Part shown: one piece after another, positions 34,550 to 45,358 of the stretch
Layout: each line of letters begins with the position of its first letter
Position numbering within the stretch: the stretch's first letter is position 1
DNA from: an uncultured Alphaproteobacteria bacterium
Lineage (GTDB): Bacteria > Pseudomonadota > Alphaproteobacteria > RF32 > CAG-239
Length of the DNA: 64,000 bases
Assembly: GCA_944391515.1 (NCBI GenBank)
Contig: CALXTW010000005.1
Location: 5,127-69,126, forward strand
Direction: 5' to 3'
The notes under the pieces: model-generated
Told to the model about the DNA's origin: nothing
The model's input: only the letters and a program-made list of their open reading frames with translations
Databases searched by the model: none
Translations under genes and position numbers: made by a program

Positions 34550-35491
34550 TTAGTCTAAAGATGCAAGATATTTTTCAGCTTCAAGGCAGGCTTGACAACC
34601 CGCGCCGGCGGCAATAATGGCTTGTCTGAAGTGTCCTGATTGAACATCTCCGGCAGCAAAAACACCGGCAATGTCGGTTTGGCAGCTATCAGGGTGAGTG
34701 ATGATGTAGCCTTCGGCATCAAGTTTTAGAGAATCTTTGAAAATTGCGGTATTTGGTTTGTGACCAATGGCTATAAATAATCCTTCAACGGCTATGTCTT
34801 TGGTGGCGCCGGTTTGCGTGTTTTTGAGTCTTACACCGGTGACGCCCAAAGGTGTATCTTGGCCCAGAACTTCATCTACCACGCTGTTCCACTCTACTTT
34901 AATTTTGGGGTTTTTGAATAGTCTTTCTTGCAAAACTTTATCGGCACGCAATTCATCGCGACGGTGAATAAGGGTGACGCTTTTGGCAAAGTTGGTTAGA
35001 TAAATAGCTTCATCAACGGCAGTGTTACCTCCACCGACAACAGCCACATCGCGGTTACGATAGAAAAAGCCATCGCAAGTGGCACATCCTGATACCCCGA
35101 ATCCTCTGAATTTGTTTTCGGAAGGAATACCTAACCAACGTGCTGATGCACCCGTGGCGATAATGACTGTGTCTGCCGTGAAACTATTGCCATTCTCAGA
35201 TTTGCAGACAAACGGACGGGTTTGGAAATTGACTTCCGTGATTTGGTCTTCAATCATTTGAACCCCTAGATTCAAGGCTTGTTGGCGCATATCTTCCATT
35301 AATTGCGGACCGGATACGGGTTTGGGAAAACCCGGGAAATTTTCAATTTCGGTGGTGATAGTTAACTGTCCGCCAAGCTGTGAGCCGGAGACAATTATCG
35401 GATCTAAGCCTGAACGTACGGCATAAATGCCTGCGGTATAACCTGCTGGACCTGAGCCGATAATCAACATTTTGGTTTTGTAGTCTGACAT
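34550..35491 (-). CDS. trxB: Thioredoxin-disulfide reductase
   Basis: 313 aa with FAD motif GSGPAGYTAG, redox-active CATCDG and NADPH motif GGGNTAVDEA. Confidence 0.95.
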   Translation of the reverse strand: MSDYKTKMLIIGSGPAGYTAGIYAVRSGLDPIIVSGSQLGGQLTITTEIENFPGFPKPVSGPQLMEDMRQQALNLGVQMIEDQITEVNFQTRPFVCKSENGNSFTADTVIIATGASARWLGIPSENKFRGFGVSGCATCDGFFYRNRDVAVVGGGNTAVDEAIYLTNFAKSVTLIHRRDELRADKVLQERLFKNPKIKVEWNSVVDEVLGQDTPLGVTGVRLKNTQTGATKDIAVEGLFIAIGHKPNTAIFKDSLKLDAEGYIITHPDSCQTDIAGVFAAGDVQSGHFRQAIIAAGAGCQACLEAEKYLASLD

Positions 35492-35569
35492 GTTTTTATC
35501 CTAGTTTGTTATGTTTCTCATAAAATAGGATTTATATTTGTTTTTTGCAAGGGTGTTTGAGAGTTTTTG

Positions 35570-35606
35570 CAAAACAAAAGCCGACTTGTGATAAAAGTCG
35601 GCTTTG
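35570..35606 (-). terminator. Intrinsic terminator of greA
   Basis: Stem aaagccgactt/aagtcggcttt, followed on the minus strand by TTTTGTTTT. Confidence 0.8.
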
Positions 35607-35625
35607 AGGGGGTTGAATTGTTGGA

Positions 35626-36099
35626 TTATTGATAAATAACTTCAACAATTTCAAAAGATTTACGTCCTCCCGGAGCAGCAAATTCAGCGGTATCTCCTGC
35701 TTCTTTACCTATTAAGGCTTTTGCTAAAGGAGAAGACAAAGAAATACGGTTCTTTTCAATGTCAGCTTCATAATCGCCGACAATTTGGTATTGTTTTTCT
35801 TCATCGGTGTCTTCATCAACCACAACTACCGTTGCACCAAAGCGAATAACGTCGCTTTTGGTTTGTGCCGGATCAATAACTTGAGCACGGCTGATGACAG
35901 CTTCCAACTCTTGAATGCGTCCTTCAATAAAACTTTGTTTTTCTTTGGCGGCGGAATATTCGGCATTTTCAGACAAGTCGCCATGAGAACGGGCTTCGGC
36001 AATGGCCGCAATAATGTTCGGGCGTTCAACCCCTTTGAGGTTCTTTAATTCTGCTTCCAAGGCAATGTAACCATTCTTGGTTAATGGGAATTTATCCAT
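35626..36099 (-). CDS. greA: Transcription elongation factor GreA
   Basis: 157 aa. ...ARSHGDLSENAEYSAAKEKQ... is the coiled-coil finger with the acidic tip, followed by the C-terminal GreA/B domain. Confidence 0.95.
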   Translation of the reverse strand: MDKFPLTKNGYIALEAELKNLKGVERPNIIAAIAEARSHGDLSENAEYSAAKEKQSFIEGRIQELEAVISRAQVIDPAQTKSDVIRFGATVVVVDEDTDEEKQYQIVGDYEADIEKNRISLSSPLAKALIGKEAGDTAEFAAPGGRKSFEIVEVIYQ

Positions 36100-36341
36100 T
36101 TTAACCCTCCAAAAAATTATGATTTAGTTAGAAAAATGAGACTGCGAAGGGAGAATTCCGTTCACAGCCTTAATGTATTTGCATATATGTTATATATACC
36201 ACAATTTTTATAGACTGCAAGTGATTTTATTTTTTTGTCTTTCTTGGGGATTAAACGCTCAAAAAAGAATATCTATCTATACAATATTTAATTTTTTTGC
36301 TAGCGTAAATAAGTCTTCAATTTGTAAAGAGGAGAATAAAA

Positions 36342-36803
36342 GTGAGAAAACTTTATTTAGCTTCATTAGTATTAGGTTCTATGATGCTGGCCGGAAATGC
36401 CAGCGCTGTTGATTCGACCGGTTGTGGTTTGGGGTCTATGGCTTGGCGCGGACAAAAAGGTATGGGACCGCAAATCTTAGCTGTTACCACTAATGGTTCT
36501 TTCAGTAACCAAACCTTTGGTATTACTTTTGGTACTTCCGGATGTGATCCGAACGGACGTATATCAGGCGGAACCCAAAGAATGGTTTTGGCCTTTATTG
36601 AAAATAATATGGAGCAATATGCTTTGGATGCTGCTCGCGGCGAAGGTGAAACTATTACTACTTTGGCTGGTATTATGAATATGGATAGTGAAAAATTAGG
36701 CCAGATTTCAAAACAAAATTTTGCCGCTATTTTCCCATCTGAAAATGCCGAAGCTGTTGATGTGACATTGGCTTTGTTTGAAGCAGTTAAACAACAAGCT
36801 TAA
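36342..36803 (+). CDS. Secreted DUF3015-like protein
   Basis: GTG start 8 nt after GAGGAG. Signal peptide ...MMLAGNASA, then STGCGLGSMAW...GTSGCD, which resembles DUF3015 as I recall it. Confidence 0.6.
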   Translation: MRKLYLASLVLGSMMLAGNASAVDSTGCGLGSMAWRGQKGMGPQILAVTTNGSFSNQTFGITFGTSGCDPNGRISGGTQRMVLAFIENNMEQYALDAARGEGETITTLAGIMNMDSEKLGQISKQNFAAIFPSENAEAVDVTLALFEAVKQQA

Positions 36804-36869
36804 GTGAGACTTATTTTTTAGTGCCGTTTGAAAGATTTCCAAACGGCACTGTTTTTTTCTGGTTAGAAT

Positions 36870-38687
36870 ATGAAGAGATTTGCGGCTTTTTTTATTGCAG
36901 TTTTGTTTTCCTCTAATGTGTGGGCTATAACACCCCAAGAGGCGGCTCAAACACCTCAATGGTTGGCCTTGGTGCATTATCGTCCGCAACTCTTTGGAGG
37001 AGTGGAAAGCACAATTGATTCTCCAGAATTCTTTTTAAGCCAAAAAGGAAAAGTTAATCCTTTGGCTGAGCTTAGTGCAACTATCTCTTTGTTTGAACAA
37101 AATTCTGATAAAGAGAAAATGTGTTTGTTCCTGGCACGCTATTTGTTTTTGAAAAAACATGGCTTGATTGAGAAAACTTTTCCCGAATGTGAAGAATATG
37201 AGCAATTTTATAAGGATGTGTCTCCGTCAGGCGTCACATTATTATTTACCAATGCCTATATGAATAATCCGTCATCTTTGTTTGGGCATACTTTAATTCG
37301 AATCGATACTTCGCGCAAAGGAACGCAACTTTTGGCTCATGGTATGAATTACGGTGCTTTTACGGGAGATGAAGCCGGTGTTTTGTTTGCCGTGTATGGT
37401 TTGACAGGGGGATATTATGGAGGTTTTACGGTAAAACCTTATTATGACATCATAAATACTTATAATAACATTGAAAACCGTGATATTTGGGAACTTAATC
37501 TCGATTTAACACCCGAAGAGTTAGATTTTTTTATGGCGCATACTTGGGAGCTTGGTCATACGCAGACCAGATATTTCTTTTTTACCGAGAACTGCTCTTA
37601 TATGTTAATGGAGCTCTTAGATGCGGTGCGTCCTTCGCTCAAATTGGCTGATGATTTTCCGGTGCAGGCCATTCCTTTGGATACACTCAAAGCGGTTAAT
37701 TCAAGAGAAGGTTTGGTTAAAGGGGTTAATTATCGTCCTTCTCGCCAAAACAAAATAAAGCATATGTATGCGCAAATGTCTGACGAACAAAAAGAGGCTT
37801 TTGAAAAAATTATTACCTCTGATGTTTATGAGCTTGATGATTTATCGGAAGTAGGCAAAGCAGGGGTGTTTGAGGCAGCTTATCAATATGTGCAATATCA
37901 ATATGTGGCCAAAGATATTGAACTGAAAGAATATCGAAAAAAGAGTTTCAGACTTCTTAAAGAACGAGCCGGAAGTGAGGTAAAAAGTTCATTCGAACCT
38001 TTAACTCAAGGGCAAAGCCCTTTGATGGCTCATGATTCAATGCGTTTGGAAACGGGAATTGGTGTCAGAAACGGTGAGGGGTTTCAGCAAATTGCTTATC
38101 GTCCGGCTTATACTTCGCTGACGGATAATAGTTTTGGTTTGTTGTCGGGAGCGGAAATTAATTTCTTGAATGTCGCTTTCAGACATTATGACAGCCAAGA
38201 CAAATATGTTTTGCAAAATTTTGATATTGTCGGAATTCGCTCCTTGGCTCCGGTTGATGTGATGTTTTCCCCGTTTTCTTATAATATTCAATTTGGAATT
38301 AACCGTGTGATGAATCCCGATACGGAGGAAGAAGGTTATAGTGCTGATTTGGTTGTAGGGGGCGGTGTGACTTATGCTGTGAGCGATAATGTCAAAGTTT
38401 TCGGATTTATGAATAATCATGTTTCTTATGGCGGATTTTTGCCTCATAACCAATGGGTAGGTCTTGGTGCTAACGGCGGTATTTATGGTGATTTCGGAGA
38501 TTGGCGGATTTTAGCTGATGCTGAAAAAATTTGGGCGACTTCGCAATTTGGCGATAAGGTCAAATACAAAGCTGAATTGTCTTATAGTTTGTCTGTTAAT
38601 TCATCTTTAGCATTCAATTATGTTTTTGAAGATAATCACGGGCATGATGTGGATGAAAGCATGCTTTCTTGGCGTTGGCACTTCTAA
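36870..38687 (+). CDS. DUF4105 (Lnb N-terminal domain)-like secreted/outer-membrane protein, 605 aa
   Basis: Signal peptide; motif PSSLFGHTLIRID characteristic of DUF4105. The C-terminal third has alternating beta-strand character. Confidence 0.6.
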   Translation: MKRFAAFFIAVLFSSNVWAITPQEAAQTPQWLALVHYRPQLFGGVESTIDSPEFFLSQKGKVNPLAELSATISLFEQNSDKEKMCLFLARYLFLKKHGLIEKTFPECEEYEQFYKDVSPSGVTLLFTNAYMNNPSSLFGHTLIRIDTSRKGTQLLAHGMNYGAFTGDEAGVLFAVYGLTGGYYGGFTVKPYYDIINTYNNIENRDIWELNLDLTPEELDFFMAHTWELGHTQTRYFFFTENCSYMLMELLDAVRPSLKLADDFPVQAIPLDTLKAVNSREGLVKGVNYRPSRQNKIKHMYAQMSDEQKEAFEKIITSDVYELDDLSEVGKAGVFEAAYQYVQYQYVAKDIELKEYRKKSFRLLKERAGSEVKSSFEPLTQGQSPLMAHDSMRLETGIGVRNGEGFQQIAYRPAYTSLTDNSFGLLSGAEINFLNVAFRHYDSQDKYVLQNFDIVGIRSLAPVDVMFSPFSYNIQFGINRVMNPDTEEEGYSADLVVGGGVTYAVSDNVKVFGFMNNHVSYGGFLPHNQWVGLGANGGIYGDFGDWRILADAEKIWATSQFGDKVKYKAELSYSLSVNSSLAFNYVFEDNHGHDVDESMLSWRWHF

Positions 38688-38691
38688 AAAA

Positions 38692-39156
38692 TCAGTAATT
38701 AGGGCTTGGGTCCGGAAAAAGCTTAATCCTTTTAGGCTTTGCGGGTGATGCGGTTGTCGGTGCGATTTCTTCTTGAATTGGTTCTTTGATAGCTTGAGCT
38801 TCGGCAAAAGGATTTTGCGGCTTTATTTCGGGATAGTTATATTGTTCAGCTTGTTGGGCATTTTCTTCGGCAGCTTTGATAATCGGTTGTAAGGATTGAA
38901 TGAAATCTTGAGAGCTTTTGGCAATTTCCGGAATTGATTCATTGATGGCTTGGGTCATGCGATTCATGGTTTGGACCATAAATTTGCTCATGGCGGTTAG
39001 TGCTTGCTGCATTTCTTCAATTTCTTTTTGACGTTGGCGCTGATATTCTTCTTGAGAGTAGGCGATTGTGTCCGTTTCAGGCGCAGGTGTTTCTTGAGCC
39101 TGCAGAGAGGTGAAAAATAGGCTGATGCTCAGTAGCAGTAAAATCACTTTAGGCAT
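38692..39156 (-). CDS. Secreted hypothetical protein, 154 aa, Gln/Glu-rich
   Basis: Signal peptide MPKVILLLLSISLFFTSLQA. Convergent with the DUF4105 gene, with 4 nt between the stops. Confidence 0.6.
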   Translation of the reverse strand: MPKVILLLLSISLFFTSLQAQETPAPETDTIAYSQEEYQRQRQKEIEEMQQALTAMSKFMVQTMNRMTQAINESIPEIAKSSQDFIQSLQPIIKAAEENAQQAEQYNYPEIKPQNPFAEAQAIKEPIQEEIAPTTASPAKPKRIKLFPDPSPNY

Positions 39157-39290
39157 TTGATATCTCCTTTATTGCGTGGTTTTACTTTAGTGTATTTCAT
39201 AAAAAATGACAAGAGGACTCGATTAGGTACTTGCATTTTTTAGATGATGTGTTTATCCTTGCCTCAAATGCAACATATTAGGAGAAGAAA

Positions 39291-39743
39291 ATGTTAAGAG
39301 AAGATTTGCAAAAAACTCTCAAAGAATCCATGCTCAACAAAGATACTACTACTGTTAGTGCCGTTCGTTTGATTATTGCCGGTATGAAGGAAAAAGACGT
39401 TGAAGCAAGAGGTAAAGGTCAAGCTCAGGCCAGCGATGCTGAATTGCTCTCTATGATGCAAGGTATGATTAAACAACGCAATGACTCTATTAAGATGTAT
39501 GTTGAAGGAAATCGTCAGGATTTAGCCGATAAAGAATTAAGCGAAATCAAAGTGATTGAAAAGTTTTTGCCTAAACAAATGAGTGATGCCGAAATTGAAA
39601 CCGTGTTGAAATCTATTATTTCAGCAACAGGTGCTGCTTCTATGCGCGATATGGGCAAAGTTATGGGTGAGTTGAAGGCTAAATATGCCGGTCAATTGGA
39701 TATGGCTAAAGCCTCTTCCATGATTAAGTCTTTGCTTAGCTAA
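39291..39743 (+). CDS. yqeY: GatB/YqeY-domain protein
   Basis: 150 aa. ...LKESMLNKD...VSAVRLIIAGMKEKDVEARG...MIKQRNDSIKMY... is the typical YqeY pattern. Confidence 0.85.
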   Translation: MLREDLQKTLKESMLNKDTTTVSAVRLIIAGMKEKDVEARGKGQAQASDAELLSMMQGMIKQRNDSIKMYVEGNRQDLADKELSEIKVIEKFLPKQMSDAEIETVLKSIISATGAASMRDMGKVMGELKAKYAGQLDMAKASSMIKSLLS

Positions 39744-39827
39744 AAGTCTTGCTTAAAATTCAAAAGCACGTTATCTCTTCTTTGAGAGAGGTGCTTTTAA
39801 GTTTCTTTATGGCGTTTTCGGTGTGAA

Positions 39828-41657
39828 ATGGCGGGTATTGATTTACAGAAATTTTGTGATGAACTGAGAGCAAAAGTCTCAATCGTAGATGTTGTCGGTT
39901 CAAAGGTAAAATTGGTTCGCAAAGGACGCGAATATCAAGCTTGTTGTCCATTTCATAACGAAAAAACGCCTTCTTTTACCGTTAACGAAGCTAAAGGTTT
40001 TTATCACTGTTTTGGCTGTGGTGCTCACGGTGATATTATTAAATTTGAGATGGAAGCTAATAATCTTCCCTTTATGGATGCTATTCGCAAATTAGCCGAT
40101 AAAGCCGGTTTGCAAGTGCCGCAAATTTCTAAAGAAAGCCATGAAGAAGCCGTTAAACGTAATTCGCTTTATGATATTATGGAAATGGCTTGCCGCTTTT
40201 TTGAAAAATCCTTGCGTTTACCTGAAGGCCAAAGAGCAATGGATTATTTTCATCATCGCGGGTTTGAAGAAGATATTATTACCAAATTTCGTTTAGGCTA
40301 TGCTCCAAACAATAATGGTTTGAAAGCTTTGCTTGCCTCTAAAGGTGTTTCGGAACATGATATGGCAGAGCTGGGCTTAATTGCTATTCCTGAAGATAAA
40401 AGTCGCCGCTCGCATGATTTCTTTCGTGACAGAGTTATGATTCCGATTATGGATAAAGCTGGTCGTGTTATTGCTTTTGGTGGCAGAATTATGGGAGATG
40501 GGCAACCCAAATACCTTAATTCTCCGGAAACACCATTGTTTAATAAAAGACGGGTGTTATATAATTTGAATAATGCTCGTGATAGGGCTTTTGCCGCACG
40601 CAATATTATTGTTTGCGAAGGCTATATGGATGTAATTGCTCTGGATAAATATGGTTTTGGTTATGCGGTGGCTCCGCTTGGAACAGCTTTAACCGAAGAC
40701 CAAATCAGTGAGGCGTGGAAAGTTTGTCCAGAGCCGACACTTTGTTTTGATGGTGACGGAGCAGGTATCAGAGCCGCAATTCGCTCTATTGACCGAGGTT
40801 TGCCAATCTTAAAAGCCGGATATTCTCTTAAATATGTCTTTTTGCCCGATAAAATGGATCCTGATGAGTTCTTAAAAGCTCATGGGCATGATGCTTTTGC
40901 TGAATATTTACAAAATACAACGCCGTTGGTCAAACTTTTGTGGCGCAAAAATATTGAAGGACGTGTGTTTGATACGCCTGAACAAAAAGCCTTAATCGAA
41001 AAAAACGTTATGGAAGAAGTGGCTAAAATTCAGGATGAAAAAGTTCGTGGATATTATAGCCAAGAAATGCAAAACTATATCTATAACGAACTTGGACGAG
41101 GGTTTTGGAAAAATCAATATTCTTCTAAAAAAACTAAAAACTTAGCACATCCGGATGAGCGAAAAACTCAAAATACTCATATTGAACGACCAAAAGTCAG
41201 TTTGGATGAATTGGTGGTTAAATTTGTGTTGGCGGCAATGGTCTTTTATCCCGAATTGATTGCCGAATATGAAGAAAAAATGGGAATGTTTGATATTCCT
41301 AATGAAAAATTACGCAAATTTTTTGATACTTTGCTCGAAATTTCTCACGATAATGAAGATACTGAACTCAAAAGCGAAGATGTTTGTAAGGCTTTGCAAG
41401 ATAAAGGGCAGGGAAAAGAGTTGGCGGCTTTGTGGGAGTTAGAGATGTTTCGTCAGCAAAATCCTTATATTAATAAAATCAGAGAAGAAATTGATACTAA
41501 AATTATTGAGGTGCAACTCAAACAGCTCGATAATGAGATAAAAGAGTGTTTGCGTATTATGCAAGTTTCCGAGTCGCTCCCAGAAGATGTTTATTTGCAA
41601 TATGAATCCTTGAAAAAAGAAAAAGAAACGCTACTTAATACACAAAATGTTATTTAA
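39828..41657 (+). CDS. dnaG: DNA primase
   Basis: Zinc ribbon CCPFHNEKTPSFTV...YHCFGCGAHGD, the RNA polymerase core and the TOPRIM domain (VCEGYMDVIAL...DGDGAG). Confidence 0.95.
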   Translation: MAGIDLQKFCDELRAKVSIVDVVGSKVKLVRKGREYQACCPFHNEKTPSFTVNEAKGFYHCFGCGAHGDIIKFEMEANNLPFMDAIRKLADKAGLQVPQISKESHEEAVKRNSLYDIMEMACRFFEKSLRLPEGQRAMDYFHHRGFEEDIITKFRLGYAPNNNGLKALLASKGVSEHDMAELGLIAIPEDKSRRSHDFFRDRVMIPIMDKAGRVIAFGGRIMGDGQPKYLNSPETPLFNKRRVLYNLNNARDRAFAARNIIVCEGYMDVIALDKYGFGYAVAPLGTALTEDQISEAWKVCPEPTLCFDGDGAGIRAAIRSIDRGLPILKAGYSLKYVFLPDKMDPDEFLKAHGHDAFAEYLQNTTPLVKLLWRKNIEGRVFDTPEQKALIEKNVMEEVAKIQDEKVRGYYSQEMQNYIYNELGRGFWKNQYSSKKTKNLAHPDERKTQNTHIERPKVSLDELVVKFVLAAMVFYPELIAEYEEKMGMFDIPNEKLRKFFDTLLEISHDNEDTELKSEDVCKALQDKGQGKELAALWELEMFRQQNPYINKIREEIDTKIIEVQLKQLDNEIKECLRIMQVSESLPEDVYLQYESLKKEKETLLNTQNVI

Positions 41658-41834
41658 TAAAACTCCCGTCAGGCAACGTTTTGCGGGAAAGGGGCGATTT
41701 GTCTTGAGTGTTTTGTCAAAGGCAAGTGTTGACAAATCGTACATAAATTATTAAAAGTTTGCTAGCTGCAGTAGTAGGATTCATTTGTGAATCCGTTAAA
41801 TTTTAAACTTTAAACCGGTTTTGTGGGAATTGAC

Positions 41835-43913
41835 ATGTCAGATACCGATGAAAATCAAGACTATTATGAGGGTAGCATTAATGATGCTCCTTTGATTGAT
41901 TCTTTAGGAAGCGCAGTCAAAAGACTGATTGAAAAAGGTAAAGCCAGAGGCTATATTACCGTTGAAGAATTAAATAAAGCTTTGCCTTCCGAACGTGAAT
42001 CCTCTGAACAAATTGAAGATATTATGGCTGAAATTTCCGATATGGGAATTAGCATTATTTCTGAGTCTGATGTCGATAATTTTGAACAAGAAAATGACGA
42101 TGACGAAGATTATGGTGATGATGATGAAAGCGGAAATTTTGATGAACGTGAATTAGGACGCTCAGATGACCCGGTTCGTATGTATTTGAAAGAAATGGGA
42201 ACTGTTGAGCTCTTGTCGCGTGAGGGTGAAATCGCGATTGCAAAACGTATTGAAGCCGGTAAAACCGTTATGATTGACGGTTTGTGCGAAAGCCCAATGA
42301 CAATTAAAGCCATTGCTGATTGGCGAGATGATTTGCTTAATGGCAGGATGCAACTTCGCGATATCGTTGATTTGGAAATGATGTATGGCGATGATGCCGA
42401 AGCTATGGTCTATGATGAAGACGAAGCCTCTGTTGATGATTTGGAAAAAGTTGCCGAAGAAATTGCTACCAAAGATAATTTGGACGATATCGATGATGAT
42501 TTGGCAGAGGATATTGAGCTGGAAGATGCCGTCGAAGATGATGTTGAAGACGAAGATGAAGAAGCCGTTACAGATGAAGACGGCGATGGTGAAGGTGTTT
42601 CCGTCAGCGATGAAGATGATGAAGATGGTGTCGGTGGGAGAGTATCTGCTTCTGTTGCTGCAATGGAGGAAGCTCTCCTGCAACCGGTTTTGGATATTTT
42701 GACCAAAATATCCAGTTACTATGATGATTTGAAGAAAATTCAAAATCAACGTGTGGCTGCTATTATTGCTGGTAAATCAATTTCTTCTACTGTCGAGAAA
42801 AAATATCTGCAAGTTAAGAAAGAATTGGTTGAGTTGATGAGCTCAATCCACCTGAATGCAACACGTGTTGAACAATTGGTTGAACAACTCAATGGTTTGA
42901 ACAAACGTTTGATGGGTTTGGAAGGAAAACTCTTACGCTATGCTTTGTCTTGCAAAATTAAACGTGAAGATTTCTTGGAGGCTTATCAAAAATCTGAGCT
43001 TGATCCGAATTGGTTAGAGAAAATTTCTCATAAAAAAGATAAACATTGGCAAATGTTTGTTGAAAAGTATGGGGCAGAAATTGTGGAACTCAGAGATTCC
43101 GTTGCTCAGATGGCTCAAGAATGCGGTTTGCCGATTTCGGAATATCGCCGCATGGTCGATACCATTAAAAAAGGTGAACGTGAAGCAGACAGAGCTAAAA
43201 AGGAAATGATTGAAGCGAACTTGCGTTTGGTTATTTCCATTGCCAAAAAATATACCAACCGTGGTTTGCAATTCTTGGATTTGATTCAAGAAGGTAATAT
43301 TGGTTTGATGAAAGCCGTTGATAAATTTGAATATCGTCGTGGCTATAAGTTCTCAACTTATGCAACTTGGTGGATACGGCAAGCTATTACTCGCTCGATT
43401 GCTGACCAAGCACGTACTATTCGTATTCCGGTTCATATGATTGAAACAATCAATAAACTGGTTAGAACTTCTCGTCAAATGCTTTCCGAAATGGGACGTG
43501 AGCCTGTGCCTGAAGAATTGGCCGCAAGGCTCTCTATGCCTTTGGAAAAAGTGCGTAAAGTGATGAAAATTGCTAAAGAGCCGGTTTCTTTGGAGGCTCC
43601 GGTCGGAGATGAAGAAGATTCTTCTTTGGGTGATTTTATTGCTGATGATAATGCTTTACAGCCGTTGGATTCCGCAATTCATTCAAACTTGAAAGAAACT
43701 TGTACTCGTATTCTTTCATCCTTAACTCCAAGAGAGGAGAGGGTATTACGTATGCGTTTCGGTATTGGTATGAACACAGATCATACTTTGGAAGAAGTCG
43801 GACAACAATTTAACGTTACGCGTGAGCGTATTCGTCAGATTGAGGCGAAAGCATTGCGTAAGTTAAAGCATCCGTCTCGTTCAAGAAAGTTACGTTCTTT
43901 CCTTGATCAATAA
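41835..43913 (+). CDS. rpoD: RNA polymerase sigma factor RpoD (sigma-70)
   Basis: Regions 1.1 to 4.2 are present ([58 protein letters not shown]; [30 protein letters not shown]), with a long acidic non-conserved insert. GTG at 41823 is an alternative start. Confidence 0.96.
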   Translation: MSDTDENQDYYEGSINDAPLIDSLGSAVKRLIEKGKARGYITVEELNKALPSERESSEQIEDIMAEISDMGISIISESDVDNFEQENDDDEDYGDDDESGNFDERELGRSDDPVRMYLKEMGTVELLSREGEIAIAKRIEAGKTVMIDGLCESPMTIKAIADWRDDLLNGRMQLRDIVDLEMMYGDDAEAMVYDEDEASVDDLEKVAEEIATKDNLDDIDDDLAEDIELEDAVEDDVEDEDEEAVTDEDGDGEGVSVSDEDDEDGVGGRVSASVAAMEEALLQPVLDILTKISSYYDDLKKIQNQRVAAIIAGKSISSTVEKKYLQVKKELVELMSSIHLNATRVEQLVEQLNGLNKRLMGLEGKLLRYALSCKIKREDFLEAYQKSELDPNWLEKISHKKDKHWQMFVEKYGAEIVELRDSVAQMAQECGLPISEYRRMVDTIKKGEREADRAKKEMIEANLRLVISIAKKYTNRGLQFLDLIQEGNIGLMKAVDKFEYRRGYKFSTYATWWIRQAITRSIADQARTIRIPVHMIETINKLVRTSRQMLSEMGREPVPEELAARLSMPLEKVRKVMKIAKEPVSLEAPVGDEEDSSLGDFIADDNALQPLDSAIHSNLKETCTRILSSLTPREERVLRMRFGIGMNTDHTLEEVGQQFNVTRERIRQIEAKALRKLKHPSRSRKLRSFLDQ

Positions 43914-43928
43914 TGAGATAGAAATTTG

Positions 43929-43962
43929 AAAGAGGCAGAAATTTATTCTGCCTCTTTTTTGT
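43929..43962 (+). terminator. Intrinsic terminator of rpoD
   Basis: 10-bp stem agaggcagaa/ttctgcctct with loop attta, followed by T6. Confidence 0.85.
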
Positions 43963-44021
43963 GATTGTTTTTATTTTTGTCTTTGTTAAAATAATTAAAA
44001 ATATTAATGGAGAGAATCAAT

Positions 44022-44474
44022 ATGGTAAGCTATTCGACTGAAGATAAAGAAGAAATGAAAAATGCCTTTCAGGCTTTGGTGAAATCAAAACGCTCACGTT
44101 TGTTGGAGCTAATTGAATTTATGAAAGTCTCGGGCTATAAAAAAATTGGAATAGCTAATTGTTTATCTATGCAACAATATGCGAATAAATTAGTTGAGAT
44201 TTTACAAAATGAAGGGTTTGAGGTTTTCTCAATTAACTGTAAGCAAAGCGGATTAGAAGCTTCTGAGATTAGTCCGGATATGAAAGGACCTAGTTGTGAT
44301 CCTCTTTCTCAGGCTGAGTATCTGAATGAAATGGAAACTGACTTTAATATCAATGTTGGCTTGTGTTTGGGGCATGGATTGTTGTTTGATAAATATTCAA
44401 AAGCACCGGTTACAACCTTTATTGTGAAAGATTTTGCTCATAATCATAATGTGTTGGAAAGTTTAATAGATTAG
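44022..44474 (+). CDS. Small Cys-containing protein, possibly DUF1847-like metal-binding
   Basis: GGAGAGA lies 6 nt upstream of the ATG at 44022; the ORF opens at 44007. ...IGIANCLS...CDPLSQAEYLN...GLCLGHGLLF...PVTTFIVKD... resembles DUF1847 from memory only. Confidence 0.5.
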   Translation: MVSYSTEDKEEMKNAFQALVKSKRSRLLELIEFMKVSGYKKIGIANCLSMQQYANKLVEILQNEGFEVFSINCKQSGLEASEISPDMKGPSCDPLSQAEYLNEMETDFNINVGLCLGHGLLFDKYSKAPVTTFIVKDFAHNHNVLESLID

Positions 44475-44519
44475 GTAAAACTATTTGTTTATCGACTTGT
44501 TTTTAAAATAAAAAGAGGG

Positions 44520-45296
44520 CTAGCCCTCTTTTTGAATTTTTGCGTAAGCATCTTGTAAAGAGCGTTTGAGCTCCAGAAGTGCTTCTTTGTCTTGCATGTG
44601 ATGATTGCTCTTTTTTAAGATTTTCATGACAACCTGAGTGCTGGCTAGTTTTTCACAAACTTTGAGCACCGAGTGCCAATCGATAAAAACGTCATCTTGT
44701 CCTTGTAGAAGATAAACAGGGCAGGTGATGTTGATTTTGTCTTGTTTGAGCAGATTGTTGCTCAAAAAGCTGGTCCACAAGTTTTGAGAAAAGATATAGT
44801 GATATTTCTCAATTCTGGCTTCGACAAAGCCCGTATCTTCCAAACATTTTATTTGTTCAGGTGTGGCACGGAGTAGCATTTGCTCTATCAAGTCCGGTGC
44901 AACACTCAGGCAAATTACTGATTTTATGCGATTGGGAAATTTTTCGGCAGTACATAAAGATAACCAACCTCCGACACATGTTCCTACCATTATGATATTG
45001 TTATGAATATAACGTTTGATAATGGTTTGGAGTTGTTGTTTCCACGAGTTAAAATCACATAAGAGAAAATTGTCTTTGTCGTCTCCATGTCCAAGCAAGT
45101 CAAATCTTAAAAAATTGATGCTTAAGTCTTTACAGGTATCTTTGATGGTGTCTCCTTTCCGTCCCCATGGGGTGGCTCGTAGTCCGTGAACAAAGATAAC
45201 CGTTACATCACTTTTCACATTAAATTGACAGTACTCATAAGCAATTGAATGTCCTGCAAAATGGTACAGTTGTTTGTTAATAATATCCTTTTTCAT
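44520..45296 (-). CDS. Alpha/beta hydrolase with a Cys in the nucleophile elbow (paralog A)
   Basis: 258 aa with oxyanion FVHGL, elbow VGTCVGGW (G-x-C-x-G), Asp block LLQGQDDVFIDW and His block SNHHMQD. Confidence 0.7.
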   Translation of the reverse strand: MKKDIINKQLYHFAGHSIAYEYCQFNVKSDVTVIFVHGLRATPWGRKGDTIKDTCKDLSINFLRFDLLGHGDDKDNFLLCDFNSWKQQLQTIIKRYIHNNIIMVGTCVGGWLSLCTAEKFPNRIKSVICLSVAPDLIEQMLLRATPEQIKCLEDTGFVEARIEKYHYIFSQNLWTSFLSNNLLKQDKINITCPVYLLQGQDDVFIDWHSVLKVCEKLASTQVVMKILKKSNHHMQDKEALLELKRSLQDAYAKIQKEG

Positions 45297-45358
45297 AATG
45301 CATAAATTTAATAATATAATTTTATGCTTAATGTAGAGAAAAAATAGGTTTTGTCAAG

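Noticed and set aside
36173-36412. 79-aa ORF upstream of and overlapping the DUF3015-like gene
   Set aside because: AT-rich promoter region with no RBS. It overlaps the better-supported GTG-initiated secreted protein.
41694-41794. Inverted repeats (cgatttgtc...gacaaatcg; ggattca-tttg-tgaatcc) between dnaG and rpoD as a novel element
   Set aside because: These are short arms in a region expected to hold the internal rpoD promoter and partial terminator. There is nothing beyond ordinary regulatory structure.
42360-42640. Highly acidic D/E-rich stretch in rpoD with long antisense ORFs (42162-42749, 42410-42706)
   Set aside because: It corresponds to the variable non-conserved region between sigma regions 1.2 and 2 that is commonly acidic. 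The antisense ORFs are low-complexity mirror artefacts.
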